From Amoebophrya sp. A120 (taxonomy: Eukaryota > Protista > Dinoflagellata): a stretch of DNA of 64,000 nt. This document shows, piece after piece, positions 32,737-46,048 of this stretch. The stretch is taken from positions 545,530 to 609,529 of the forward strand of contig CAJINV010000021.1 in NCBI GenBank assembly GCA_905178155.1, written 5' to 3'. A program made the position numbers and the translations under genes. The notes below the pieces were generated by a model, which saw only the letters and a program-made list of their open reading frames with translations, was not told the DNA's origin and made no database searches. The number at the start of each line of letters is the position of its first letter. The stretch's first letter is position 1.

Positions 32737-34852
32737 CTATGGCAACACCGAGCCGCTCGTGTAGTTCCCACCGCCGTAGTGCGAGCACCCGAAGACCGAG
32801 GATGTGATGCGTTCGTGCTCCGCGTCAAAATCCGCTTCCTCGCCAAACGTCATGCTCCGACCAGCATCCGCGTGATCCGTTCCCCCGCCCTCGAGCACGT
32901 CTTGTAACAGTAACGCAGTTTCTTCGCTTCTCATCTTGGTCTTGACGACCGCGACCGGTTTGATGCAAGAACAACAATACTTTGGGCACCGCTTGGCGCA
33001 GCCGCAGGACGAACCTCCGGAAGAACGCCAGTAGTAGTAGAATAGAATCAGCAGCGAAGCAAACCCGAGACACGACAGGCCCGGCAAAATGCAATCGGCA
33101 GCACGGTGCTGGACATGATGACCGGTGGCGTTGGTATTGGGGGAGAAGATGTGGTCGTTCGTGTATTTATTATTGAAATGAAACTGCTGCTCATTGATGT
33201 TCTCGTAGGATTCTAAATTGTTCGACGACGTCGAGCCGGTGGAGAAGGACGCTGTTCCTGTTTCTGGAATCTCCAGTGCTGATGACGGGGTTGGTAGTGG
33301 AAGTGGTTCTACTTCTAGCTGCTGTGTCGGTGCTTTTTGAATCAACGTAGATGGCGGTTTTTCTTCTGGCGGAGCAGTTAGCACGGAGATGCCGAATTGT
33401 GGACCCGAGAGAAGAAGATGTGGACCGTCGGAATCCAATATTCGGCCGACGTTCAGCACTAATGCACACGTATTCGTGCTCGAATCGGAGCGATCGGACA
33501 AGAATCTTTGCTTTTCGGGCTCAACAAGCGACAAGCTCAACACACGTCCTTTCTCCTTGATGTTCGCGAAAATCATTCCGTAAATCAACTTGAACTCGGC
33601 CTTGTCTTCAGCAGAATACTTGGTGCCCTCGTCGATCTTATCGAACAGCATCTATCCGCAGAAAAAAACCATCGCTATCCATTTTTATTTGCATCACAGA
33701 CATAGTCATAGGATACGATGTATTTTTTTATCGCATGATTTTCATGACAAATTTAGGATGGGAATGGTTTTATTTTTGTTGTGGATATCTGCATCAGCTT
33801 TTGTTCTGAAGACGGCTGCAGATTTATTGGAAAATTTGGAAAGTGCAGATCTCCCATATCTCGATCTGCAGGATTTGTCGAAAAATCCTCATTCAGTTTT
33901 GCTATCTGGTCCTGTTCAATGGGCTGGGGGGACAGCGGCATTCTCTGCAGGTCTGCCAACAACCAATTTCTTTCCAATTGTTCCCAAAATACGGCTCCAC
34001 TTGTTCCCCACTTACGGATGCCGCTAGTATCAACCTCGGATAAATTTTTCTTCCAATGCCTGCCGATAAAAGCGGCTACACCTCCTTTTACCTCATTTGA
34101 TGTTGTGAAGACTTTGTCCACTAAAGACTTCGCTTCTTCCACAGTCAATCGCCTGTAAGCAATGGACTCAGTTTCAGTCGCCTCGCGTTTCGGCCGCAGT
34201 TTCGAACGCCTATGAATGGACACAATAGCGCAACTAATCGCAACAGCTCTGCGAGATTCGCGAAAACGGCTAAATTATCCGGAAAACAGACTAATTCGCG
34301 GCGCATCATCTGCAACGCATGCAATGCAAAGCTTAAAGCTTTCAAATTCAAGCCATAGCCAAAACTTGAAGCTTTTGCAGCGCGCATCTGCTTCTTTGGC
34401 TTGATTTTGCAGCAGCTTTCGTGGTAGTACATATTGTGCAAAAATAAATGCAAGCCGCTTTATTCTTGGGCTTTCCCTACTACTTAGCTGGTTTCGCGAA
34501 GCATGCAGCGCTGGTGCTGCACCAGTTGTGCATATTTTGTCCATTCATATACTAGTCGGTTCCAAAGGCCGCCCCAGAGGGTCTGGGACTGCTCCTCCGG
34601 TACCTGCTCCTTCTGCTGCCATATCTTCATCTTATCTTCCCCCATAACATCCAAATCCCCCGGTGGCTGGAAAAGAAGAGACTTGTTCAACTCTTGGCAG
34701 GGACGGCCAGGCCGGACATTCAGGCAGGGACGGCCAGGCGGACACGGACCCCTCAGCAGAGACTTGTTCACCTCGAGCTGGGACGAAGCGGCCTCCTTGT
34801 CTTCAGGTGCGACATCATTTTCATCGTCACGGCCAGACGATAGTGCCCCCAT
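32737..34852 (-). CDS. Hypothetical protein with one C-proximal TM helix, 3 exons
   Basis: ORFs 34484-34852, 33753-34223 and 32737-33651 join in frame over two TIR introns. Confidence 0.6.
33653..33787. mobile_element. Introner (TATCCGCAGAAAAAAACC family)
   Basis: TIR similar to 49622-50237; TSD degenerate. Confidence 0.7.
34211..34549. mobile_element. Introner
   Basis: Perfect TIR TATGAATGGACA; TSD not conserved; frame consistent. Confidence 0.65.
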
Positions 34853-35009
34853 CTTCTGATACGTGTAACACCGATAATACTAACTTACTAGTTGTTCGCT
34901 TGCTTGTTGTTGTTATGGTGCTGGTGCTGGTCATACGACGCTGCCTGGTGGCGAGAAATTCGTTGTTTCAACTGGACTGGTCTGTAAACTGGTACATGTA
35001 GATTTTAGT

Positions 35010-35708
35010 CTGGAATACCAAATATAGCCGCCGGGGCGGAGGTAGTGAGGTCGAGGGCGTTTTCTTGCCGGCCGTCGCCTTGGCCGCGGCTTTGATTTTT
35101 CTGGGCCCGCCATACCGCCGTGAGTAACGGAAGGCCCCACGGTGTGGCGGCCGCCTGATAAGCGTCGCAAATTTTGACAAATTTTCGAAATTCCTTTCCG
35201 AAAGCCAGCCCCCATGCTATGAGGCCGATCCGGGCGCCACGGGGGCGCCCAAAAAGCGAGGAAAAATCGGGCCCAGAGCATGGGGATTGGCTTTGCGCGT
35301 CTGGCGCGCTTTTTCTTTTTTGCGTTTTTATATTTCTCGCCAGCGCTTTTTGCAAAGCTTCCCAGGCTCTGCAACCGGCGAAAAGGTCGCGGCCGCCCAA
35401 AATGCTCCGAAATCGCGGCCGTGCTATGCTGTTTCGCTGTTCTGATTTTGGGCGCGTTTTTTGCGCGCCCCTTTTTGGGCGCCCCAAATCGCCAGAAACC
35501 AAGGCGGTGGCCGCCTCGGAAGGGCGTCTCTTTTGCCGGCTCCCCTGCGTCGTTTTATCAAGCGCGAGTCAATAGTTTTCGACCGGGCTTGTTTGTTGGC
35601 AAAGCCCCGGCCGCTTGATAATTGAAATTTTTTTATGTCAAAAAAGCCTTCCGGCCGCTTGAAAACTGCCGGTCGTTTTGCTGTCTGGCTGGCAAAAAAA
35701 CTCCCTGG
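35010..35708. mobile_element. GC-rich foldback/MITE-like intergenic element
   Basis: Compositional shift, internal inverted repeats (GGGGCGCCCAAAAAG/CTTTTTGGGCGCCCC), CTGG at both edges. Confidence 0.45.
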
Positions 35709-36426
35709 TTAGAGCCGTTCGGTGACCTCACTACATACGAACACAAACTTGATGCTGTCGATATTGCTACTCCAAGACCAGCAGGGTTCTTCGGAACAAT
35801 ATTAGGAACGAACAAACCTGACAAAATGCAATCGAATTGGCGAAACGAAAGGGCAAGCTCTTGCTCTGGCAGTAGCAGGCGCCTCTGATTTGTTCTCTTA
35901 CTTTCTGGACCACGATGAAGCTAAGATGAGAGCACCCCTCGATGGCGGTTAGCTTGTCGAGCCAAACGCACATTATTGTGGGAGCTACGTCGTAGCTTAT
36001 TGTGGGAGCTACGTAGACGATGAAGAAGACGTGCTTGTTACTCTCTCGTGGTCCTCGTTCCCGTACCCGTTCACTCATGTGCCCATCATTTTTTTCGAAC
36101 TCCAGACCAAAAACATCGCTGCCGCGTCGATCGAGGAACGCCAGCGAAGTGTCTTCTACATTTCATTGCCATTGCGTCTTCACGCGGCACAAAATAAGGT
36201 AGACTCAGAGCGTTCTTTCACTCATTTAGTCCAATATGACAACTATGTATGTATTGCACCACCGCCCACTGCACTGGTGCAGTAGCAGTAGTCAAAGGGA
36301 GTCGTTGTGTTTCGTCGTCACGTAAACATTTGTGTCTGTCGCCAAAAATAAAAGGGTAGTCGTCTTTTGACATCCTTCCTGTCAGACGTTGGTTAAGGAC
36401 GAAAGTATCAAAGTATCTCATCTTTA

Positions 36427-38736
36427 TCAAAGTAGCTCAGGCCCTTTTATCAAAGCTATAGACGAGGAGGGCGCAGTTCGGGAAGTACTAGCACTCTTAC
36501 TGCCCCCCTCATCTTGTTTGCCGAAATAACCTGAACTCCCCGGCGCACTGACCGCTCCGCCGGCACCACCACGCGAATGATCTTCCGAAGCGGCTGCAGT
36601 TGCCCGGAGCCTCTGTGCTCGTTTCGACAATTTTTTGCCTGCGAAATCCCGCGCGCTATCGGCGTACAAATCTTGATCTTCTTCGTAAAGACGGGCCTCC
36701 TGCTCTGGTGAAAAAAACACCACGTCTCTGGTGCCACGCGGATTCATCCTATTTGTCCTGCTGTCCTCGAGTGCCTTTCTTTCAAGATCCGAAACGAGCC
36801 GCGGATCTTCCACGTTTTGCGACCACGACGCCGTCCTTTCCTTTCTTTTACAACAATTTGAATGTCCCTCGCCACCGCCGCCGCCAACCTCCTCCACCCC
36901 CTCTTCCGCAGGTTCGGTCACTGTGTACAGGATGACGCCCGCAACGGTCAACACGAACCCGATGGCGAAGAGCCAGGGCACCTTCTCTCCCCGAATCGTG
37001 TAGTAGATCAGCAAGTAGACGTCGGAAGTGAGTAGCGACAGGTTGAAAATCACGGCGTCGCAGTACTGCAAAAACAACGCACAGCAGGTGTACATGGAAA
37101 ACAGGCAGAGTTGGAAGGCTAACACCAGCAACACCACCTCGTAGCTCTCCCGCAGCGGCTGCCAGGAATTGTCCAGGGCGTTCGTGGTGAATTCCAAGCT
37201 GAAAAACTGAATGATCGAAATCACCGTGCCGAAAGCGCCCAGCAGCCAGAGGGTGCGGTACAGCTCGGTCGTTTGATGATGTTCCGCATGGTGGGAGGAC
37301 TGGGGAGGGTCGTTGGGTTGTGCCGGCTGGTGCTCACCTGAACCCCCGCTCCGTGGCAAGCTGAGTTGCTTTGAAAGCCAGACGCTGGTTTCCTCGTCGC
37401 CATCGCTGAGTTCCTCGTCTTCTGTGGTGACTGCATGTTGGGCAGCATGGGCTTTGCTTATCCGGCTAGGACTTGCAGATGCAGTTGTAGCAGTGCTCTT
37501 TATTTGTGCGTTTGTTCTACTTCTTCTCCTTGCGTCAACTTCATGATCACCATTTGTCGCCGAGGAGTTGTCGAGGTTTCGGTTTATTCCAGGATATGAT
37601 GATATGGAACAATCTTCGACACTTTGACTTTGATGTTCACCCACTTTCCCTTCCTGATGCTGCAAAAACCACTCTTGCTGCAGATTGCTCGCCGCGTAAA
37701 GAATGGCTGCTGCCACCACGTAAAGGTCTCCCCGCACTGGGTCGGCGCTGGGACAAGCACCAGCCGCACCGTTGTCAGCACCGTCCTCTTCACCCTCATT
37801 TTCCTCGCTTGTTTTTAGCCACTCCTGACGCATGTAATCGGCGTACACGGTCAAGCCCAGACCGCCGAGACAGACGAAAACCGCCAGAAACTGCCAAAGC
37901 GTGTATTTCGTTTTCATCTTCGTCAGGAAGCCAAACAGCATCACCCAGGGGGCCGTGGAGGAGAGAATCAGAGATATGCTGATTCCCGACGTGTACTGAA
38001 AAGCGGAAACGGCTAGATAATTCGCCTCGACGTCACAAGCCGCAAACGCGACGCGGCGGAGGACGGAGATCACGCGCTGGGTACAAGGAGGCGCGGTTGC
38101 TCTTCTCGAGCGTGATGAAAAATGCGACGCAGGAGTTCCAGCATCGTTTGACTCCTTCCTTGATGCTGCACTGAGGATTCCATCTGCATCCGCTGTGGTC
38201 GTGCCCGGTCGTGCCAGAGGTTGTACCAGCCCTGAGCTGCTCTTTTGCACCAAGGGCATCGTCAGGTCGCCAGTGTCGTGGTGGTCCCGGAGTATGTTGA
38301 TTTCACGACGAGACGCAGTTCCAGCACCTGCGGCACTGTCAGCTCTCATGGAGCAGGACGTCATGATCTCTTGTTTTCTCTTCGCTCTACTTGAAAAGAA
38401 CCGTACGAGACTCGCGGTCCCGTAAACAACTAACAACAAAACGTAGTTCAAGCTGGACTGGAATGTTGGCTTGTCGAACTTGCGCGCAGCTAATTCCCCG
38501 CCGGTGACGTTCGTGCCGGAAACCAGCAGAGCGCAGAGCTGCCCGAACAGAATCGTCTGCCAGATGGAGAGCTGGTGGTGATGTCGGGAAGAGGAATCTG
38601 AAGAGGACGAGTCGTCCTCTCCAGCAGCGGGCCGGCCGCGCGGGGATAAATCATCACCCACCTCGGGCGGGTTTTCCTCGTCGCGAGCCGATATCGACAA
38701 TGGTCGCTCGTTCATGATTCTCACCGGAGATGCCAT
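36427..38736 (-). CDS. SLC35F-family (DMT superfamily) transporter, intronless
   Basis: GQLCALLVSGT, PTFQSSLNY, DVEANYL..AFQYTS, GDL...AILYAASN..QE, FNLSLLTSD motifs; multiple TM helices. Confidence 0.9.
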   Translation of the reverse strand: MASPVRIMNERPLSISARDEENPPEVGDDLSPRGRPAAGEDDSSSSDSSSRHHHQLSIWQTILFGQLCALLVSGTNVTGGELAARKFDKPTFQSSLNYVLLLVVYGTASLVRFFSSRAKRKQEIMTSCSMRADSAAGAGTASRREINILRDHHDTGDLTMPLVQKSSSGLVQPLARPGTTTADADGILSAASRKESNDAGTPASHFSSRSRRATAPPCTQRVISVLRRVAFAACDVEANYLAVSAFQYTSGISISLILSSTAPWVMLFGFLTKMKTKYTLWQFLAVFVCLGGLGLTVYADYMRQEWLKTSEENEGEEDGADNGAAGACPSADPVRGDLYVVAAAILYAASNLQQEWFLQHQEGKVGEHQSQSVEDCSISSYPGINRNLDNSSATNGDHEVDARRRSRTNAQIKSTATTASASPSRISKAHAAQHAVTTEDEELSDGDEETSVWLSKQLSLPRSGGSGEHQPAQPNDPPQSSHHAEHHQTTELYRTLWLLGAFGTVISIIQFFSLEFTTNALDNSWQPLRESYEVVLLVLAFQLCLFSMYTCCALFLQYCDAVIFNLSLLTSDVYLLIYYTIRGEKVPWLFAIGFVLTVAGVILYTVTEPAEEGVEEVGGGGGEGHSNCCKRKERTASWSQNVEDPRLVSDLERKALEDSRTNRMNPRGTRDVVFFSPEQEARLYEEDQDLYADSARDFAGKKLSKRAQRLRATAAASEDHSRGGAGGAVSAPGSSGYFGKQDEGGSKSASTSRTAPSSSIALIKGPELL

Positions 38737-39546
38737 GTTGCTCCTAGTGGTCCACCTAGTCTTGGTGCGACAAATAAAGAATGAATATTTATTACGCCAA
38801 TCATGTATCAATATGTTTTATTTGGTAGAAGTGATAGTGAAAGTGATGGGAATTTGTTGTCATACGCCAATAGATCTGTCGCCTGAGTTCAGATAGGTTC
38901 ATCGGTCAGATTCATATTCATTTTCAGCAGGTCAAACTCACGGTCACGCTTTTGCTTTTCATTTCATCGGCGAATTGAATTTTCAGATCGTGCGAACGCA
39001 ATTACTCATGCTCTCTTTCAGAAAGATCCCATGGAACCTAGAAGCAGGATCTTGTTGACAGAATCCTTGCACCTTTCTTGATCTCGATTCGCGCTTTCAG
39101 TATTCTGACCCTTCGACATTATGTCCGTACTTAGAAGATTATCATCATGCATGAAGACCCAGATCGCCGTCCTGGTGCTTCTTCACCTGCTGCAGTTTCT
39201 GATCTTATAAATTTCAGCGAAGGCTAGTACTAGAGGTCATTGAATTATGTGTGAAGAGACCCCGTTGATTCTGCGTAATGAAGTGCAAGTGCCGCACGAC
39301 TCAACGTCGTAACGCGAGGTGAACCGATGTTGGATCTACAACGTTCGTTTGCTTTTATGAATGCGTCCTCCTGCGGCTCCGTGTCCGTTCTACCGTACCT
39401 CCAGGACCACCTCTCACCTTCACAGGACATAAGAGCTCCTTCTTGGAAGTAAAAAATGCTTTCATGGTCATCAACATCCTGAAGGCACTTGGAAGAAGAT
39501 CGAGAAGTTGGAGGTCATGTCATTATGCTCATTTTCGTTATCCTTA

Positions 39547-42500
39547 TCACAACTCCTCATGGTCATGCTCATCCGCCGCCTTCCTTGCCGCCCAGTCCAC
39601 CATCTGCACGAAGGTGACGCTGTCTGCGTCGACAAAACCAGCGGCAATGTCCTGCCAGTAATCCACAGCCTCTTCCTCTACCACGTTGTGCATGCCCCAG
39701 GCCCGCAGCGGCGCGATGCAATTATTCACGAAGTGCTCGCGGTAGACCCTATCCGGCTTCCCGGGACGGGGTGGGGGGAGTACGTAGGATGCGGCTTGGC
39801 TCCGCTGCTGTTCGTCTGTGACGACGAAGATGGACCGCAATTGCGCGAAATCCAGGAGGTAGGTGAGGAAGTGGAAAAACCCGTCCTCGTCCATCTTCAC
39901 ACCCGGGTCGGGGCTGTGCTCCGTCGCATAAGCGAACGCTTTGGTGAACACCTGATATTGTAATGGGTTTGTTTGTTCTCTTGCTTCCTATGACCACTAC
40001 GCATCTGCTTCATGATGCAGACCGTCATCTATCAATTTCTGCAAATCAAAAAAATGTAGTCGTCTGGTTTCATTTTTGACGTCAAATAAATGAAGATGAT
40101 AGCTTTGATCCCTCAGCATCAGCTGCTCCAGGTGGGCAATTCAATAATTTCTTCATGAAGAAGTAGACAATCAGTAATTTACAATACCTCGTCGACGTCC
40201 GGTAATACGGACAATTCCTTCTTCCCCACCTCGTCGGGACTCAGCATAACCAAATTCAGGAGCTTCGTCGGCGGCATGAGCTCTGTGATTTCTATGAAAC
40301 CATTCGCACTGATGTCCAGAGACTGGTAGAGGTCGACGAGCTCGGCGTCGTGGGTTTCGTCCACTGGAAGTTTGTTTGTGAAGGAGCTCCAGCTGATTTG
40401 GACGATTTCAGGAGTTTCTTGTCCTGGCGCGTCTGGCTGTGGCGGTGGTTCTGAAGATTCTGCTGCTGCTAGTACTGCTGTGGGTGTAATATCAGCAACT
40501 TCTGCAGGTCGTGGAGGCGCATCATTTGCATCGTCCGCTACATCTGCAGACTCGTCTTGTGCTCCCGCTTCAGCTACTTGTACTTCGCCTGGTCGTGCCG
40601 GCGCATCCTGCTTTTTTTCTGGTACAGTTGCAGTATCAGTTGCAGCCCCAGCAGCGCTGGGAAGCGGTGAAGCCACGGCGTCGTCCGTGGCAGGGGCTGT
40701 CGCGGATACTACAGCATCATCGGGCCGCGGTGGTGCCTGATCTTGGGGCGTGGGAGGGGGCGGCGATTCGGGCGGCGCAGGTGAACCGACTTCGGAAGGG
40801 AGTTCTTCCTTCGGTTCTTGTCCTTCTACTTGTGGAAGTAGTATCGGCTCATCTACTGCGGCCCCAGGAGCACCATCACCAACTGGACTTTGGCTCGCAA
40901 CGCTGTCAGGAACAGTAACGGGTGGTGGCGCTGCGGCCGCCGCCGAGACCCTAGCTGCACCGCGGGACAATTGCAGCTGCTGACTGCTTTCTTTAGTAGA
41001 CGATGAACTTGCGGTCGCTGCTACCCTGGAAGAAGAGGGCGCTGCTTTTGATAGTACCGCCGCGGACAATCTCGTCGCTGGCAGTCCCACAGGATCTCGT
41101 CCCGCTGGTGCAGCATCCGATTGCCCGGATGAATCTTCTGTGGCAGCTTGTCGCATCACCAGCTCGGGCGCAGAAGTCATCTTCGACCCGATTTCTTCAG
41201 TCGCGGATTCCATAACTGCAGAAGACGAAGCGGCGGCCACTTGTTGCACGCCGTACGTCCTATCATCACTGGAAGAAGTTGCAGCCGCTGCTGATACACG
41301 AGGAGCAGATGCAGAAGTTTTCGACGTGCGTGAGACCGGGCTTTTGCTTTTCCTCTTCTTCTCCTTCGAAGCACCAGCAGTAGTTCCTGTGTCGGCCCCC
41401 GCCGGGGTAGACACGACGGCACTCATGCTCCCTGTCCGCGCCACTTCCGCCATGCTGGCGACCGACCTCCACAGGAGGTCGCCGGTGGTTTCGGGCTGCA
41501 CCTTATCAACTGCAAATATGTCTAGGTCTGGAAGTAGAATGCAGAGTTTGTCATGCACAGCTAGCATGGCTCTCAAGTCTGTCATGCGCGCCACACAGAA
41601 GGCACACTTCTCTGTCATGCAGAAACGCAGTTTGCCATGCAGATAGGCAACTCTCTAGCAACTCCAAAACTCGTCATGCTTGGCTGTCAATGAAGACGTC
41701 CACATAATTCGCAAAACAGCATCACAAGTTTCCAGACCCAGACATTTTTGCAGTGCATACACCTGCTCCTCCGGCACCGACAGGTCCCAGAACTGCGCCG
41801 CGGTAATTATAGCCCGCTCAGGTGTTACAATCTCAAGCGTTACAATAGTATGCGAGATTTGTCTTGCATGATGAGCATGACTGATTCGCAGAGCGTTCCA
41901 CTTTCTGCAATACAAATTTCGCCAGATTGTATGGGGATTTGGTGCTCAGGAACTTGTCATGCACAATCCTACGAGAGTTGTCTAGATCATGCATTTCTGC
42001 ATCACAGATTTCCATATTCTATTGTAACGTTTGAGATTGTAACAGCTGAGCAGGTTATAGTAGTCCTCGACTTCTCCCGCAGGGTGGTGCCCTCCGGGCC
42101 TGCGGGTGGCAAAGCCTCGCCCTCCGGGCGTTTTGCGTACGCGGCCAGCTGATTGGCCATCCGCGACGGCGTCAACGCTTTCGCCCCACCGGAAGTGCTC
42201 CCGGCGGACGCCTGCGAGGCGATCAAATCCGCCGGCGCTTTTAACAGCGACTGGAGCAGCGCGCTCGCATCGACTTCCTCCTCCGTCGGGATGAAAGGCG
42301 CCGATGGTGAGTCTGCTCGCGTTGCCATAAACTGCTTCGCGACGGAGCTGCCAGGTGCACCTCCCCCAACAGCGCTGGATAGCCTGCTAGTTGTACTCGA
42401 TGCCGGGACTGACAGCTTCCGCGTAGAAGTAGTTGCTCGCTTCTTCATCTCCGCGTCCGCCTGGTCAGCTGTTGCACTGACCATATCTACTTCGCTCACA

Positions 42501-45093
42501 GGCGCCAACTGCACGTGGAAGTGCTGCTGGAATTCGCCCTTTATCCTCTCCTGCGCGGCGTTCAAAGCCGCGTCCGCTTCGGCGTGGTGCCGCTTTCCGG
42601 TCGGCCGCGGCCCCATGTGCCCCATGTGTCCGTGGAGATCGGCGTGGTAATGTCCACCTCTGCTTGCGGTGCTGATCGAGGTTGTGTCTGCAGCGGAGGA
42701 AGAAACGTCCGGAGACGCGTACCGTAATCCCAGTTGCGGGTCAAACTCCGGCACCTTGTCCTCGACGTCGTCATCCCACTCAATGCCGTCGATGAACTGA
42801 CTGCCCGCGCCCTCCGGCTCGTCGATGTCCCCGTGGTTTTTGGAAGGTTTCTGCGCTCTCGCAAGTTGTCCCTCTTCCTCCTTCTGCCTTCTGAACGCCC
42901 CGATCTGCTCGAGCTTCTTGCGCATGAACTCCTCGTAGTACTTGGGTCGCTGCTATGCAACACAAATTTGTTGATGTTCCCGTGCGCGCACGAAATATAT
43001 GACAGATTCATCCGCCAAGTTGGACCATCATCCTCTCACTTGTCATGCTGAACATGATCGAGGGCATTTTTTGTCATGCAGAATGCACAAGAAACAGCAT
43101 CTGATTTACATCGTCGTGTACATCGGGAACAAGAAATTTACGTGTGGTGGATAGTCGCTTCAGATCCAGCGATGTAGCGTACCCCATCTCTTGAAAGGTT
43201 GGCGGACAGGGGGCGGGAAGGTCCACGTCCTCCGGCGCTCGCTCCTCGACCCAGTCTTGCAGTCGGGGGTGGTGGAGCATGTGGCCGTAGAGAAACTCGT
43301 CAATGTAATCCGCGTCCGCGGTCATTTCGCGCGGGTTCGGGTCGTACATATCGAGCTTTTCTCGTCCGACCTTTGTCCACTCGGTATGGTCGAAGCCCGC
43401 GATCTTTCCTGTGCAAAAGTATCGTGCTCGTAGTAATTGCAGTTATGCATCACAAATCTTTGTCTTAAGGCAAACCCGCATTACAAATTTAATTCGTAAT
43501 GCCGAGCGAATTTGTATTGCAATTTATACTAGGACGATACTTTTGCATTTGATACGATCAACTTCAGGCCGGCAGAAGTGGTCACCCCGCTTTGCCCGCG
43601 CGCGCGCCGGCTGGTGCGCTGCTTCGCGGCGCGGCTGTTTTTATCGAGATTGCCCGTTGTAGTTTTTTCTTTTGTTGCAGTTGATGTAGTTGTAGTTTCA
43701 AAGACATTGAAGATGTCAACACACGGTAGATTAGTATCGTCACTGCAGCTGCACAAAAAGTAGTTTATCCTCACAGAACAAGGCGGGAGTTCTTTTCCAA
43801 AAAAAATAAAACAAATGTATCATCTACTACCTTTCCTGTTCCTTCGCCGCCTCTTCATCGGGCTCTGTTTGTTTCTTCTCGGCCTTCCAACGCTCCAGCC
43901 TTTCTTTCTGGCGTGCCTTCTCTTTCTCCCTTGCCGCCTGTCGTCGGGCGGCCTGCGTGAGCGCCTTCTCGGTCTTGTAAAAATTTCCGGCCTGCTTCGG
44001 CAGACGGTTTCGCCACGCGCCCGGGCTGTCCACGCGAGAGCGACTTGGTTCGAAAGCTAGGTCGGTTTTTGATTTCACTTAGTTTTATTCACACTTCTTT
44101 TCAATGCTTTGAGGGGGCTTTCTCGGACCAACAAGAGCCCTGCTCGACTCGGATTGAAATACACTTTCACGTCGACAGCACACTAGCACTAGGACCACTC
44201 CTCAACATCCGCTCGTATTCTTCGTAAACTATAGATACAGGCTAGAACAAGTATCTGACATGCAGCTACCCATCAGCGCGTACTATACTTTGCTCAATCG
44301 CGATGCAGAGGTCGAGTTGCTCCAACACCTCTCGGTCATCCAGGCTTTTCAAACCTTCGTCGACCTTGAGAAAATCCCGGCAGGCTTGGATCCGCTCCAG
44401 ATCCCCCTCGATCTCCTCCTCCGTGATGTGCAACGCCGCAAACTCGAATAGCTTTTGCAGGATTTGCTTCTTTTCTACCAGATTCACCTTCATCAGTTCC
44501 TGCAACACCTTCAGATCCGACCAGTCGCCGAGGCCATCCGGAAACTTCCCCCGGAGCGCTAGCAGGTCCCGCTTGGTCCCGCGAATCGGGCCGAGCGTGC
44601 GCTCGAGCTGCGCCGCGGTCTCATCGAACAGTGCGCGCTTGTCGGTTGATTCCAAAGGCGCGGCCATAACGCCAAGGTCTGTTGTTGTATATGGTGATTT
44701 AGATTTGCTTTTCGACGTAAAGATGCAAGAAAATCGCAGTGGTTTATCATGGTATGATGTCGAGAATAAATGCCCCGTTTTGATTCCAGCGTGGGTATTT
44801 TTGCGTAATCAAAACACAAAAGAAAAACGAGCTAAGCTAAATACAAAAAAACAACCATGATCAACACGAAAAAATCTGTCACCGCAAAGCATTGTCCGGA
44901 TGAGTTCATCGTCAAAATTTTCCAGGTGGTCGTGAAATTTGTGCCTCAGAAATTCCAGTTGGACCTCGTGGCCCGAGAGCTTGGCCCCGTAGATCCGCTG
45001 CGCTTGGTTTATGGCCTGAAACAGCGTCACTTCCTCGAGCGTCCCATGGACGAACCGCTGGGAAAGCTCCTTACGCGACCAGTTCGGCTTCAT
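39547..45093 (-). CDS. Large multi-exon protein with C-terminal calflagin-like EF-hand domain
   Basis: LYQSLDISANGFIEITEL, FLTYLLDF, LRAWG, SVTF..DWA resemble flagellar Ca-binding protein; 5' exon joins not fully resolved. Confidence 0.6.
39956..40186. mobile_element. Introner
   Basis: TIR TATTGTAA; TSD CCTGA/CCTCG; GT-AG readable. Confidence 0.75.
41504..41759. mobile_element. Introner (GGTCTGGAA family)
   Basis: TSD CACCT; GT-AG readable; similar to 57307-57558. Confidence 0.9.
41808..42059. mobile_element. Introner
   Basis: ~40-bp TIR (GTTACAATCTCAA); TSD GTAAT/GTAGT. Confidence 0.85.
42954..43153. mobile_element. Probable introner
   Basis: TAT...ATA ends, degenerate TSD, internal TGTCATGC motifs. 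Confidence 0.6.
43405..43554. mobile_element. Introner (TGCAAAAGTATCG family)
   Basis: TSD CGATC; left end is a TTT variant. Confidence 0.8.
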
Positions 45094-46048
45094 GATGGAA
45101 GTTCTCCTCGCGTCGAAGGTGATGCGCGGCCGTCGGTGGATCGATGCCGGTGCTGAACAAAGTTCTCCTCTGGCGGAGTATGTGTAGTATATTGAACAAG
45201 TAGTTGAAGAACTTCAGTAAGCGAAGCAGGAGGAAACGAGCATAGAGCTAGAGATCTTCGCCACGTCGCTGTCGACCATGATAGCAACAACTCCGTCAAA
45301 CAAGATCAAGATACAAAAAGAACCAATTACCAAAAAGAACTATTGTACAGAGGCTGCACAAGATACTGCCGTTCAAGAAGGACTATGGAGTGCAGTTTAT
45401 TCCGATACAATGCTCATCTTCTTAACTGCGGCCAGACCGAAGTCAAGTTGTCGATGAAGCAAAAGCTCCTCCTGTTGTAATCTGTGTCCTTAATCAATAC
45501 TTTGCCGTCGTCTCGCTTGTAGTCATGAAACAAGAAAACTAACGTCGACTCAGCAAATTTTGGTAGTCTGTCCCTCTCAGACGCTATCGGACGATGGAAA
45601 GGTAGGCGCTCTCAGGAAGGAGAACTAACATGGGAGAAGTTGCTAACTGTGTAACGCGACGAGTTGGCGCAACTACTTACCTCCCTATCCCAGTGGCTCG
45701 TCTCTCTGATGTAGTCAGTCTTTGTTGCTCTCCTCGTATCGTCAGGGGTCAACTTTGTGCCGTTCTTTCTCTCATCAAGAGGCACACTTTGCAGTGAGTG
45801 TGGAACTTCTGGCCGCATCAAGAAATGGTCAATAGAACCACGACGTGCAGGAGGTGGCCGTAAAAATACAGTAACGGCAAGCGGGCAAGTCGTCGTGCGA
45901 TGTGTGTTGCTTTCCTTGTTTCAGGCAGTCCTCGCTTAAGGTCAATAATCTTCGTCTAGTTCTTCAGTTTTTCACTGAAAGAAAATGTAAATGATGCAGT
46001 ACTTTCGTCGCTTTTCCAGCAACGTCCAGCGAGGATTTCGATCTTGGT

